DNA from: Candidatus Omnitrophota bacterium
Lineage (GTDB): Bacteria > Omnitrophota > Gorgyraeia > Zapsychrales > Zapsychraceae
Length of the DNA stretch: 64,000 nucleotides
Assembly (NCBI GenBank): GCA_015233405.1
Contig: JADFXT010000006.1
Location: 67,848 to 131,847, forward strand
Reading direction: 5' to 3'
The position numbers and the translations under genes are program-made. Below are positions 18,190-26,957 of the stretch, piece by piece; position 1 is the stretch's first letter, and every line of letters begins with the position of its first letter. Under the pieces are notes generated by a model, which was given only the letters and a program-made list of their open reading frames with translations, was not told the origin of the DNA and searched no databases.

Positions 18190-19209
18190 TCAGCCTTTTA
18201 AAACTTCTTTCTTTAAAATTGTACAAATTTCCCCAACCAATCCTTCCTTCGTTTCATTATGACAATCAATGACCAAGGCTTTGCGATAATCCGGATTAAG
18301 CATATTTCGCGCAAAATCGAAATGAAGAATCGGCAAATCCACATTTACTTTCTTCTTAATATTCTGAACAATATTCTCTGCTTTCGCAGGATCAACTTTT
18401 ATCGGAATTGCCCACGGAACGACATCGCTCTCGAGACAAATCGGCACAAGTTTTGGAAAAAAAGATTTAACGGCCTTCCATATATTTCTTCGCCGTTCAA
18501 TATCAGCCACAACTTCCTCTTTAGTTTTAGGCAAAAGGCTTTCGGCCTGCTGAGGGAAAGAAACAACTTCAGGCAAATATCCATAAACCGAGGCGATTTC
18601 AAAAACGGCATCATTTCCGCATTGAATTTTTTGATATTTTTCTAGAGTCCTATAAGCCTTTTCAACCCAAACCTTGTCCCTCGGGCTTAAGAATTTTATT
18701 TTATTTTCAACTTCTTTAAGAAATTTTTCTCGAGAAGAAACCAACGCCCCGCCTAAAATGCAGGGAAAAATTTTAGAAAAACTTACAACGGAGAAATCTC
18801 CCCAACGTACCACATTTTGACCTTTATAACTGGAAGAAATGGTATGCGCGCAATCGCTTACAATAATCCACTTATTTTTCTTAGCAACATCTTCGATCAA
18901 AGAAAGATTTTGAGGAAATCCGAACTGATGAAAAACCATAATGGCTTTTGTACGATGCGACGGAGTCATTGTAGGAAATGCGGTTCTTGACAAAGCAGAC
19001 AGCACCGCTTGGCACATATAAGGAGCAACCAGGATCTCATCCATACGCTTTATTCCTAATGCGCGCAATCCAGCGACGAGACCTGCGCGGGCACAGGAAA
19101 CAGGAATTGCCCCTTTTCCAATCTGCGATTCCATGGGCTTAAGAAAACTGGACGAATGAACAATACCTCTCAATTCTCTCCTCCTTCCAGAAAATCTGGC
19201 GGCAACCAT
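18190..19209 (-). CDS. divergent DegT/DnrJ/EryC1/StrS-family PLP enzyme (aminotransferase-like)
   Basis: 339 aa. Motifs: VSCARAGLVAGLRALGI, DEILVAPYMC, TKAIMVFHQFGFP, IVSDCAHT, FSVVSFSKIFPCILGGALV. The Lys lies 7 residues before GG, as in the two other DegT homologues here. The alternative start at 19134 would remove the 40-nt overlap. Confidence 0.55.
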   Translation of the reverse strand: MVAARFSGRRRELRGIVHSSSFLKPMESQIGKGAIPVSCARAGLVAGLRALGIKRMDEILVAPYMCQAVLSALSRTAFPTMTPSHRTKAIMVFHQFGFPQNLSLIEDVAKKNKWIIVSDCAHTISSSYKGQNVVRWGDFSVVSFSKIFPCILGGALVSSREKFLKEVENKIKFLSPRDKVWVEKAYRTLEKYQKIQCGNDAVFEIASVYGYLPEVVSFPQQAESLLPKTKEEVVADIERRRNIWKAVKSFFPKLVPICLESDVVPWAIPIKVDPAKAENIVQNIKKKVNVDLPILHFDFARNMLNPDYRKALVIDCHNETKEGLVGEICTILKKEVLKG

Positions 19210-20300
19210 CCTTCATAAAAACGCTCCATATGACCTGCAACCTCTGCCTTCATCTGCTGACCGTCCATATAACAATGCCAGAAAGTCTTTGGCAATAAAA
19301 ATCCGCCACAACGCTCTTTGAAAGTAGAAATACTTTTTTCCTTATCTGTTGGAACATACAAGAACTGCGGATGATAATAAATCTCCCCAAGCTCATAAAA
19401 ACGAAAACCGGCATTTTTATAATAACGAATTGCTTCCCATTCAAGCAAATGCCGAGGAGAGAATTCCTCATAGTCCTCAACATTGGCCTGTGACCAACCA
19501 AAAGCCATACGGTGGAATTCCCCGCAATAAAGATAACTGATCGCCTGGCCGTCTTTAAACGCAACAAAAAGAGTCGCAAAGCCTTCCTGGGCGGCTTCAA
19601 ACATCACATCCCATGTTTCCTGTGGACGTGTGATACGTCCTGCAACTTGAATATGTAGGTCTTCATAACGGTAAAAAAGATCTTTTAATTCATCAAGATT
19701 TGTAGCTTTATTAAAAACTTTTATTGTGATCCCGGCAGCGGAAGCCCGATGAATATTTCGCCGATGATACTTACTGATATTTTCCAGCAATTTTTCTTCA
19801 GGTTCATGCAAATCAATAACCGAGGTATTATTCACAAATGGTAACATCCCATACCGCGCAAACTCAAAGGAATACCGGTGACTCAACTCTTCCCCTGAAC
19901 AAGCACTTCGATTTAGCGAATGAGTGGCCATCTGAATAAATTTTACATTATGAACCTTAACTAATTCACCAATTCGACTGAAAATAACCTTCATCACTTT
20001 CCGACGAAGACTCGGCCGAAGATGCATGACAGCGGGCGACCCAAGAGGAATCCCCGAATAGGAAAGTTCGTTATAATTCTTCCGCTCATTAAAAGAAACC
20101 GCCAAGGGGCATAGACCGATTACTTTACGCGTCTCCAGATGCAAAAGCGCAAAGGTATGATCTTCTTTGATCCTCGGGAATTTAAGACAATACGTTATCC
20201 AGTACCACGAGTGATAATAACTCGTCTGTTCGTTTTCTAAACACCAACCGTCCCAAGTTTGACGGTCAACCTCTTTAAAAGGAATAATTTTAAATTCCAT
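19170..20300 (-). CDS. FemAB / Acetyltransf_6 (CelD/BcsL-like) family acyl- or aminoacyl-transferase
   Basis: 376 aa. Motifs: SYYHSWYW, KYHRRNIHRA, ATLFVAFKDGQAISYLYCGEF..MAFGWSQ, FSPRHLLEWEAIRYYKNAGFRFYELGE. Confidence 0.55.
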   Translation of the reverse strand: MEFKIIPFKEVDRQTWDGWCLENEQTSYYHSWYWITYCLKFPRIKEDHTFALLHLETRKVIGLCPLAVSFNERKNYNELSYSGIPLGSPAVMHLRPSLRRKVMKVIFSRIGELVKVHNVKFIQMATHSLNRSACSGEELSHRYSFEFARYGMLPFVNNTSVIDLHEPEEKLLENISKYHRRNIHRASAAGITIKVFNKATNLDELKDLFYRYEDLHIQVAGRITRPQETWDVMFEAAQEGFATLFVAFKDGQAISYLYCGEFHRMAFGWSQANVEDYEEFSPRHLLEWEAIRYYKNAGFRFYELGEIYYHPQFLYVPTDKEKSISTFKERCGGFLLPKTFWHCYMDGQQMKAEVAGHMERFYEGWLPPDFLEGGEN

Positions 20301-20515
20301 TATGACACTCCATAACTGTTCATAAATGATAATCCCGGCAAGGTGAACATAACTGTTTGAGAACCCACATTCCCAACATTAAACAAACAATTAAAATCCG
20401 TATTGCAACAGGACACATCCCCGTCGGAGAAGATAAAAAAATCTTCACCTTCTAAACGATTACATCTATCAAACAGATATTGTTTGAGTTTTTTGAATAG
20501 TTTGAATATTAACAT
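20300..20515 (-). CDS. 71-aa Cys-rich micro-ORF resembling a detached SPASM/twitch segment (possibly a gene remnant)
   Basis: The ORF opens with TTG at 20530; the first ATG is at 20515. Its stop overlaps the next start (TAATG). DGDVSCCNTDFNCLFNVGNVGSQTV aligns without gaps to DGTVNMCCFDYDGKLTIGDLKTQSL of the rSAM at 8561..9505. Confidence 0.35.
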   Translation of the reverse strand: MLIFKLFKKLKQYLFDRCNRLEGEDFFIFSDGDVSCCNTDFNCLFNVGNVGSQTVMFTLPGLSFMNSYGVS

Positions 20516-20535
20516 GCCCCCTGATCTCAACCTTT

Positions 20536-21678
20536 TTAATTTTTAGATAGCCGCTGTAAACATTCCTGAAGCCTGGCTTCTCCTTGAGTCAAAGACAAAC
20601 GGACATAAGCCCCAGCCGATTGTCCATACGAAAGACCGTTGACGGAAGCGATCCCATAGCGCGTCAAAAGCTCTTGGGAATTCTTCTCTGGCTCAGCTCT
20701 CAACGAAGAAACATCCATCATCGCATAAAACGTACCTTCTGGCTTAATCAGACGAAACGGAGTGCGGCCTATCCCGGCGCCCATCAAATCCCTGCGAGAT
20801 TGATAAACACGGCTCATTTGACTTACAGAATCTTGACTTCCCGTCAAAGCTGCTAATGCTGCATACTGACTTTGAGAGCTCGCACAGGTCGCTGTGTGCT
20901 GATGAATAAGCCCTATTTTTGCAATCATTGGCTCGGCCGCCAGGATATATCCGATGCGCCAGCCAGTCATCGCATAATTTTTGGAGAACCCACCGACGAC
21001 AATGGCCCTATCCCGGACATTTTCAAACTGGCTTAACGATGTAAAATCCATGAAAACGATCCGGTCATAAATCTCATCCGAAACAATAATTAAATCATGT
21101 TTCACGGCAAGGGCCACGATATATTCTAATTCTTTTCGGCTAAACACATAACCCGACGGATTAACCGGATTATTGATAAGGATCATTTTTGTTTTTGGTG
21201 AAATGGACGACTCCAAACGGTTTAAATCCGGCGCCAAGTCTGCTTTCGCTGGGATAAATTTCGGAACGCCTTCATTTAAAAGGATCATATCTCCATAACT
21301 TAACCAGCACGGTTCAAACAAAATTACTTCATCTCCTGGATTTAAAAAAGCCTGCATCAAGTACATAATCCCCTGCTTCGCGCCGGGGCAGACCAACACC
21401 TCTTTCAAAGGCGCATATTGGGCTCGATAATATTGCTGATAAAATTCCGCGATGGCTTGCCGTAATTCCACGACTCCATAAGACGCTGTATAACCATTTT
21501 TTCCTTCACAAATAGCTTTCCAAGCCGCTTGTTTAATATGCTCGGGCGTATCAAAATCCGGCTGACCAAAGGTCAAATCGATAATATCCATTGCTTTCTG
21601 TAACTCTTTGACCTTCTGTGCCATGGCCATAGACTCAGAGGCTTTCAATAAACTCAAACGCTGGGCGAATTTCTGCAA
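20536..21678 (-). CDS. class I/II PLP-dependent aminotransferase (AspC-like)
   Basis: Motifs: GQPDF, NPSGYVF, SDEIYDR, FSKNYAMTGWRIGY. I set the start at TTG 21678, with AAGGAG 7 nt upstream and 1 nt after the upstream stop. The ORF-track start at 21708 is also TTG, and ATG 21630 is another option. Confidence 0.85.
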   Translation of the reverse strand: MQKFAQRLSLLKASESMAMAQKVKELQKAMDIIDLTFGQPDFDTPEHIKQAAWKAICEGKNGYTASYGVVELRQAIAEFYQQYYRAQYAPLKEVLVCPGAKQGIMYLMQAFLNPGDEVILFEPCWLSYGDMILLNEGVPKFIPAKADLAPDLNRLESSISPKTKMILINNPVNPSGYVFSRKELEYIVALAVKHDLIIVSDEIYDRIVFMDFTSLSQFENVRDRAIVVGGFSKNYAMTGWRIGYILAAEPMIAKIGLIHQHTATCASSQSQYAALAALTGSQDSVSQMSRVYQSRRDLMGAGIGRTPFRLIKPEGTFYAMMDVSSLRAEPEKNSQELLTRYGIASVNGLSYGQSAGAYVRLSLTQGEARLQECLQRLSKN

Positions 21679-21679
21679 C

Positions 21680-23692
21680 TCAATACTCCTTTGTATAAAG
21701 ATTTTCAATCAACATTTGCTGCAATTTGTCTCTTTGTTTCACAAATCTTTTTTCTTTATCCTTACTTAATAAACCCCCACGTCCATCCGCTATTCCGATA
21801 ATCCGTGACGGCCTATCAAAATAGTCAACAACAATGCTGCCCTTCGGGCCGATATACCCGCCGGAAACCACACAAATACCGCGCATATTTTTCATGCCGG
21901 CGGATTGAGCCGCTTTTTTAGTTTCAATCGCTAAATTTAACTCCGACGCTAAAGCCGCTTTTGTATCCACGCGGCAAACACGATGTCCCTTCCCACAGAT
22001 GGCATTCCAAAAATCTTCAGGAAATGCACCAGGACGGACCTCTAAAACAACAACATCCGAAGCCATGTCTAAGGCAGATTTTTTACTCAGAGTTTTGGCA
22101 TAATTTATCCCAAAAGAAATAACCGTTCCAATCTTTTCTAAAATAGTTTTCCGCTTTAATGTCCCCGGCAGTTTGACAACTCGAATGCCCTGTTGGCCCA
22201 AAACAGTTTTCAATATCAAAAAATCCTCATCGGAAGAAAAAACAAGGACGTCCTTCTTCGGTTTCGATTGAGACAACAATGCCAGAACACTTAAATATAG
22301 AACGCGTTTTTCCGAATACCAGGCCAAACGGCTTCTTTGAATTTTCCTGTCAAGGCCCTGCTCTCTTAATAAAGGCGCATCCTCATCCAATAATAACCAG
22401 TCCACTTGTCCGTCGAGAGCCTCAACGATCTTTTCCATATCTTTGATCATCCCAACCTCAACATTGCTGATGACGAACGCTGGACTTTGACGAATATAAG
22501 GAAATCTTGTCTTTCCGTCGGAAGAAATCGTCAAACAAAAAACAGATTCCTTACCTGTTTTCTTAGATTGACTGACCACATCCTGGGCTATCGTCTGGAT
22601 CTGTTCGAGCACACTGTGAAACATCTTGACAGCTGGAATCCCGGAACTCCCGAAACCCATAGCTCGGCCATCTTTCTTTTGTGCTTTACGAATCTTCTGC
22701 GCAATTTTTTCTGCTAAAGAATATGAGACGTTGACCCTGTCTTTTTCACTGACTTCCATAATCAGCCTCCGCGGGTCAATGTTATATTTTTTCGCGACAT
22801 CGTAAATAATCTTCGAAAAACCCGAATGAAACTGGGCGATACCCGACACCAAGCTCATATCATCAACGCCTTGGGTCCGCGTCACCATCGGCTTAATCAC
22901 GCGCTCACCTAAATCTAAGGTTTTATAAATATCGATTCCTGTCTGATAACCTAATTTATCCGCAACCATTACCAGTATTTCCGTCTGCGTATTTCCAGCG
23001 CTACGGCCAATTCCCTGCAGGGAAGAATCCACCATATCCGCTCCGCTGCGGATAGCCTCAAGCGTATTAGCAACCGCCAACTGCAGATTATTATGCCCAT
23101 GAAAACCAATCCGCTTGTTCGTCACGTCCCTCAGACCCTCGACATAACCGCGCACATCTTCCGGAAACATTCCGCCGGCAGAATCCACAACCGTAATCAC
23201 ATCCGCACCGAACTCATCGGATTGCTTTGCCAATTTTAAGAATTCTTTAATTGAGACAGCGTAAGACTTCATCAAATTGGAACAGACAACCATCCCTAAT
23301 TCTTTTGCCTTCTCAATATAGGGCTTGGCTTGGCTGATTTCCGTCACGTTAGTGCCAATGCGAATAAAATGCAGCCCTAAGCGATTTGCCATGATCAAAT
23401 CGTCCATCGTGCCAATCCCAGGGATAAAAAACATTCCTATCTTTGCTTTTGTTTGATTTAACGCCTTCTTCGCGGAGAGAATATACTCCTCGTCACTCGC
23501 GGCTGGATATCCTTTATTAACCCTCGCGGATCCCAACCCCGTCCCATGCCCAATTTCAATCCACGGGAAACCCGCCCGAGCTAATCCTAACACAATCAGA
23601 TAGGTATCTTCCGCCGTGAACTGATGATCGATCAGGTAACTGCCGTCGCGTAAGGTACAATCTAAAACATCGATTTTCTTTTTATTATCCAT
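21680..23692 (-). CDS. DmpG/HMGL-type pyruvate aldolase fused to a ~330-aa C-terminal domain of unknown function
   Basis: 670 aa. Residues 1-~335 carry VLDCTLRDGSY, IEIGHG, VDSAGG and GFHGHNNLQLAVANT (4-hydroxy-2-oxovalerate aldolase-like). I recognise no motif in residues ~340-670. Confidence 0.7.
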   Translation of the reverse strand: MDNKKKIDVLDCTLRDGSYLIDHQFTAEDTYLIVLGLARAGFPWIEIGHGTGLGSARVNKGYPAASDEEYILSAKKALNQTKAKIGMFFIPGIGTMDDLIMANRLGLHFIRIGTNVTEISQAKPYIEKAKELGMVVCSNLMKSYAVSIKEFLKLAKQSDEFGADVITVVDSAGGMFPEDVRGYVEGLRDVTNKRIGFHGHNNLQLAVANTLEAIRSGADMVDSSLQGIGRSAGNTQTEILVMVADKLGYQTGIDIYKTLDLGERVIKPMVTRTQGVDDMSLVSGIAQFHSGFSKIIYDVAKKYNIDPRRLIMEVSEKDRVNVSYSLAEKIAQKIRKAQKKDGRAMGFGSSGIPAVKMFHSVLEQIQTIAQDVVSQSKKTGKESVFCLTISSDGKTRFPYIRQSPAFVISNVEVGMIKDMEKIVEALDGQVDWLLLDEDAPLLREQGLDRKIQRSRLAWYSEKRVLYLSVLALLSQSKPKKDVLVFSSDEDFLILKTVLGQQGIRVVKLPGTLKRKTILEKIGTVISFGINYAKTLSKKSALDMASDVVVLEVRPGAFPEDFWNAICGKGHRVCRVDTKAALASELNLAIETKKAAQSAGMKNMRGICVVSGGYIGPKGSIVVDYFDRPSRIIGIADGRGGLLSKDKEKRFVKQRDKLQQMLIENLYTKEY

Positions 23693-23697
23693 AATGT

Positions 23698-24315
23698 TTA
23701 ACCTTTTTGAGGGGCATGATATAAATACATCGTAAATTCATACAAAGGATAATCATGGCGAATCGTGACATACGGCGTCAAGGTCTTTCCTAAAGCCAAT
23801 GCTTCCTCCGGCGAGAAATGGAAGTTTTTCTCCAATTTATAATCCACATAACTGGAAAGAAAATTGACCGCCACACCTTTGTTGCTCATCCGCATCATCG
23901 CCTTTAACATTGCCTCAACAAAAACCTTATGATTCTTCATTTTGTAACTTAAAGTGCCGGAGGCTAAAACAAAATCAAACTTTTTCTTAAAGGTACCGTC
24001 AAGAATGTCTCTGATCTCAAATTGAACTTTTGGAAAACACTCTCTGGCGCGCTCAATAAGCTTTTCGCTTATGTCAATCCCCATGTAATCAACATTCTTA
24101 AAACATTTTTTTAAGTACGGATAAAGGTCTCCGAGACCGCAACCGACGTCGCAAATCCGTTTTCCAGACAAATCTGCGATCTGCGACAAAACTTTAAACC
24201 GTAGCTCTTGGCTTTCCACGCTTCCCCACCCGACGGATTTGATATGGTGGCCGTATTGGTCATATCTCTCGTTATAAAACTTCTTGAGTTTATTTAATTC
24301 CGGACATTTATTCAT
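23698..24315 (-). CDS. class I SAM-dependent methyltransferase
   Basis: 205 aa. Motif I ICDVGCGLGDL. Confidence 0.75.
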   Translation of the reverse strand: MNKCPELNKLKKFYNERYDQYGHHIKSVGWGSVESQELRFKVLSQIADLSGKRICDVGCGLGDLYPYLKKCFKNVDYMGIDISEKLIERARECFPKVQFEIRDILDGTFKKKFDFVLASGTLSYKMKNHKVFVEAMLKAMMRMSNKGVAVNFLSSYVDYKLEKNFHFSPEEALALGKTLTPYVTIRHDYPLYEFTMYLYHAPQKG

Positions 24316-25060
24316 CTAAGAATTTCCTGACGTTGTCTTCCAAAATCTTTTTTTTCCATTCTTGGCACAATTTCATTTTCGCCAGCTCAGCGACGGAAAG
24401 CTTGACCGTCATCGAATAAGGCCGATCCGGATAATCCGTGCCCCAGAATACTCTTTCAGCCTTAATACTCTTAATGGCATATAAAAGATTTTGGATCACA
24501 TCGGAGCTGCGATAATAAAGCAGCGTATAGGACAAATCCAAATAAATGTTTTTATAAAATTTCGCAACCATCAGCGCGTCAAGGATCTTATGCCCTCCGG
24601 CGTGGCCTATGGCTATCCGGGCATGCGGAATTTTTTCCGCCAAGACAGCAATTTTCTCCGGGACATTCCCTAAAGCGATATTCTTTCCGTCGGGAAAGCA
24701 ATCGATCAAAACCGGCATATTTAAATCCGCCGCCTTTTTAATGAAAGAAATATATAACGGGTCATCCATACGCCGCTGTGCCAGACGTGGATGCAATTTG
24801 ATACCGGTTGCGCCTTTTTTCTTTAACTCACCGATTGTTTTTAATGAACTTTTTTTCAACTCCGGACTTGGAAAAACCCTAAAAAATCCGTCATACACCT
24901 CTGCCGCGGTCAGCACCTCTTCATTAGAGAAAGCAATATCGGGAATGTTTAGCAAAATAATCCCCTCGACCTTGTTTTTTTTTGCTTCCCGATAAAGAAA
25001 ATCCATGGCCCGACGGCAATCGCCTTTCGTCTTATCCAAATGACAATGCCCATCAATCAT
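24308..25060 (-). CDS. metal-dependent amidohydrolase-superfamily protein (Amidohydro_2 / LigI-LigJ-ACMSD-type)
   Basis: 250 aa. Motifs: IDGHCHL at the N-terminus, GIKLHP, AIGHAGG, FWGTDYP. Confidence 0.7.
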   Translation of the reverse strand: MIDGHCHLDKTKGDCRRAMDFLYREAKKNKVEGIILLNIPDIAFSNEEVLTAAEVYDGFFRVFPSPELKKSSLKTIGELKKKGATGIKLHPRLAQRRMDDPLYISFIKKAADLNMPVLIDCFPDGKNIALGNVPEKIAVLAEKIPHARIAIGHAGGHKILDALMVAKFYKNIYLDLSYTLLYYRSSDVIQNLLYAIKSIKAERVFWGTDYPDRPYSMTVKLSVAELAKMKLCQEWKKKILEDNVRKFLDE

Positions 25061-26262
25061 AATGCGACACTTTCTGTTTCAAACTGAACGGTTTCGCTTA
25101 CAAGATCGGCCAACGCCACAGCTTCTTTTCGATCTTTACCACGGGTGATCATCCATCCGGTCCGACTGCCATCTGTTTTTAATTCCGGGACAGTATCGCC
25201 GGGCCGAACAAATAAATCTGTTTGAACACCTTTTATGGCCTTAGCTTTATCCAGCCCTTTGACGCTCACGAGCTTTCCTGGCTTAGCCGCATAAAACCTT
25301 AGGACAACACCCCGTCTTTTTCTTTCAACCAGCTCGGTAACGTCTCCCGCGCACAGTCGTGTCCAATTTCCGACGATATCATAACCAGACACAGCTTCCA
25401 CCACCCGCGTAAAGACATAAAACCCTCCGCCGCGGCATCCGACCTCGACAATATGCGGGCCTTTGTCATTAATGATAACTTCAGAATGCGTCGGAGTATT
25501 ATCCACGCCCATGACATCATAAGCTGCTGTCATTAAATCAATGACTTGTTTTTCTTGTTTATCCGTAATGTCCGCCGGATACGCCAATTGGGTCGCGACC
25601 CGGTAAGGGCCTGCGGGCTTATATTTATCCGAAATCGTCAAAATATGATGTTTCTTGTCGACGGAAAATCCCTCAACCGTCAGCTCCGTGCCTTCAATGT
25701 ATTGTTCGACTAAAATCTTTCCTACCTTCGTATGTTCTTTTGCCATTTGAAAAGCAACGTCAACTTGAGACATCTCAAAGATCAAGGTCACGCCGCGCGA
25801 ACCAGCATTATCCACAGGTTTTGACACCAAAGGCAATCCCATTCTTTTCAGAACTTTTTTAAAATCCTCCAAATTCTCGACGATATCAAAATCCGGCTGA
25901 GCGAGCCCGGCTTTCTTAAAACGAACCCGCTGCTGGGACTTATCCAAACTGATTTCCATAGGCTGCCGGCCTAATCCCGGCAACACCAATGCTTCCCGAA
26001 TGGCCAAGACCGTCGGCAAAGTAATGTCCGACGCATACGAAATAACGCCATCTATCTTCGCTTCTTTAGCCCATGCCAGATTGCCTTCAATGTCCTTCAC
26101 GTCCAGAACACGGGCTTCGTTCGCGACCTTTAATCCTTCCGCTTTAGACGAACCGTCCGAAGCAAGAATATCATAACCAAGGTCTTTGGCTTTTTGGATA
26201 GCGTCCACCTGGGCCAATCCAGCACCGATAACCAATAACTTCTTATTCTTCACGATACTCAA
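25057..26262 (-). CDS. ATP-grasp ligase
   Basis: 401 aa. Motifs: KKLLVIGAGLAQ, LPLVSKPVDNAGSRGV, VEQYIEGTELTVEG, HSEVII..GPHIVEVGCRGGG. The start is uncertain: TTG 26262 or GTG 26253. Confidence 0.8.
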   Translation of the reverse strand: MSIVKNKKLLVIGAGLAQVDAIQKAKDLGYDILASDGSSKAEGLKVANEARVLDVKDIEGNLAWAKEAKIDGVISYASDITLPTVLAIREALVLPGLGRQPMEISLDKSQQRVRFKKAGLAQPDFDIVENLEDFKKVLKRMGLPLVSKPVDNAGSRGVTLIFEMSQVDVAFQMAKEHTKVGKILVEQYIEGTELTVEGFSVDKKHHILTISDKYKPAGPYRVATQLAYPADITDKQEKQVIDLMTAAYDVMGVDNTPTHSEVIINDKGPHIVEVGCRGGGFYVFTRVVEAVSGYDIVGNWTRLCAGDVTELVERKRRGVVLRFYAAKPGKLVSVKGLDKAKAIKGVQTDLFVRPGDTVPELKTDGSRTGWMITRGKDRKEAVALADLVSETVQFETESVAL

Positions 26263-26923
26263 TCTCCATCTTGTTTAAAGATTCCCGTAATCCGACGGCA
26301 TCCAAAGAACTTTCACCTTGGGCAATCTTTTTCATCCATGATTCTTCCTTTTTTATACGTTCAAGGCATTCCTGATAAATACTCTCAACATCCGCCAGCG
26401 GGATCACGGCAACGCCGTCATCATCTCCGACGATCAAATCCCCTGGATGAACGGGGATGCTTCCGCATTGAATGGGCACATTCACAGAGTCTGCCCAGCC
26501 TTTATGAGGACCGGCAGGCGTTATCCCTTTACAATAAACCGGAAATTTCATTCGCCGCATATCTTCCACATCTCTAATCGCCCCGTCGACAACCAAACCA
26601 GCAATCCCTCTTTTAGCGGCATAGGAAGCTTGAACTCCACCCCAAATCGCATTGCCTAAATACCCGCGGCCGTCTATCACAATCACATCCCCGGGTTGAG
26701 CAAATGTGAGCGCCAGATGGCTCATCATATTATTGCCAGACATGTTTTGAATGGTTAACGCCGGACCGCAAACACGGATCCCCTCAAAGATCGGCTTAAT
26801 CTCACCGTTCATGGCCGAATAACGGTTCAAACAATCCGAGACGATTGAGGCAGGGATTTCTTTAAATTTTTTGACCATTTCCGACGACGGCCTTTTAAAA
26901 TTCTTTATCACTTTGGCTTTCAT
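26243..26923 (-). CDS. RraA-family protein (4-hydroxy-4-methyl-2-oxoglutarate / CHA aldolase-oxaloacetate decarboxylase type)
   Basis: 226 aa. Motifs: PGDVIVIDGRGYLGNAIWGGVQASYAAKRGIAGLVVDGAIRDVED and FPVYCKGITPAGP. Confidence 0.8.
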   Translation of the reverse strand: MKAKVIKNFKRPSSEMVKKFKEIPASIVSDCLNRYSAMNGEIKPIFEGIRVCGPALTIQNMSGNNMMSHLALTFAQPGDVIVIDGRGYLGNAIWGGVQASYAAKRGIAGLVVDGAIRDVEDMRRMKFPVYCKGITPAGPHKGWADSVNVPIQCGSIPVHPGDLIVGDDDGVAVIPLADVESIYQECLERIKKEESWMKKIAQGESSLDAVGLRESLNKMEIEYREE

Positions 26924-26957
26924 AAGCTTCTCCTATTTTATGCTTTGATAATATCCT

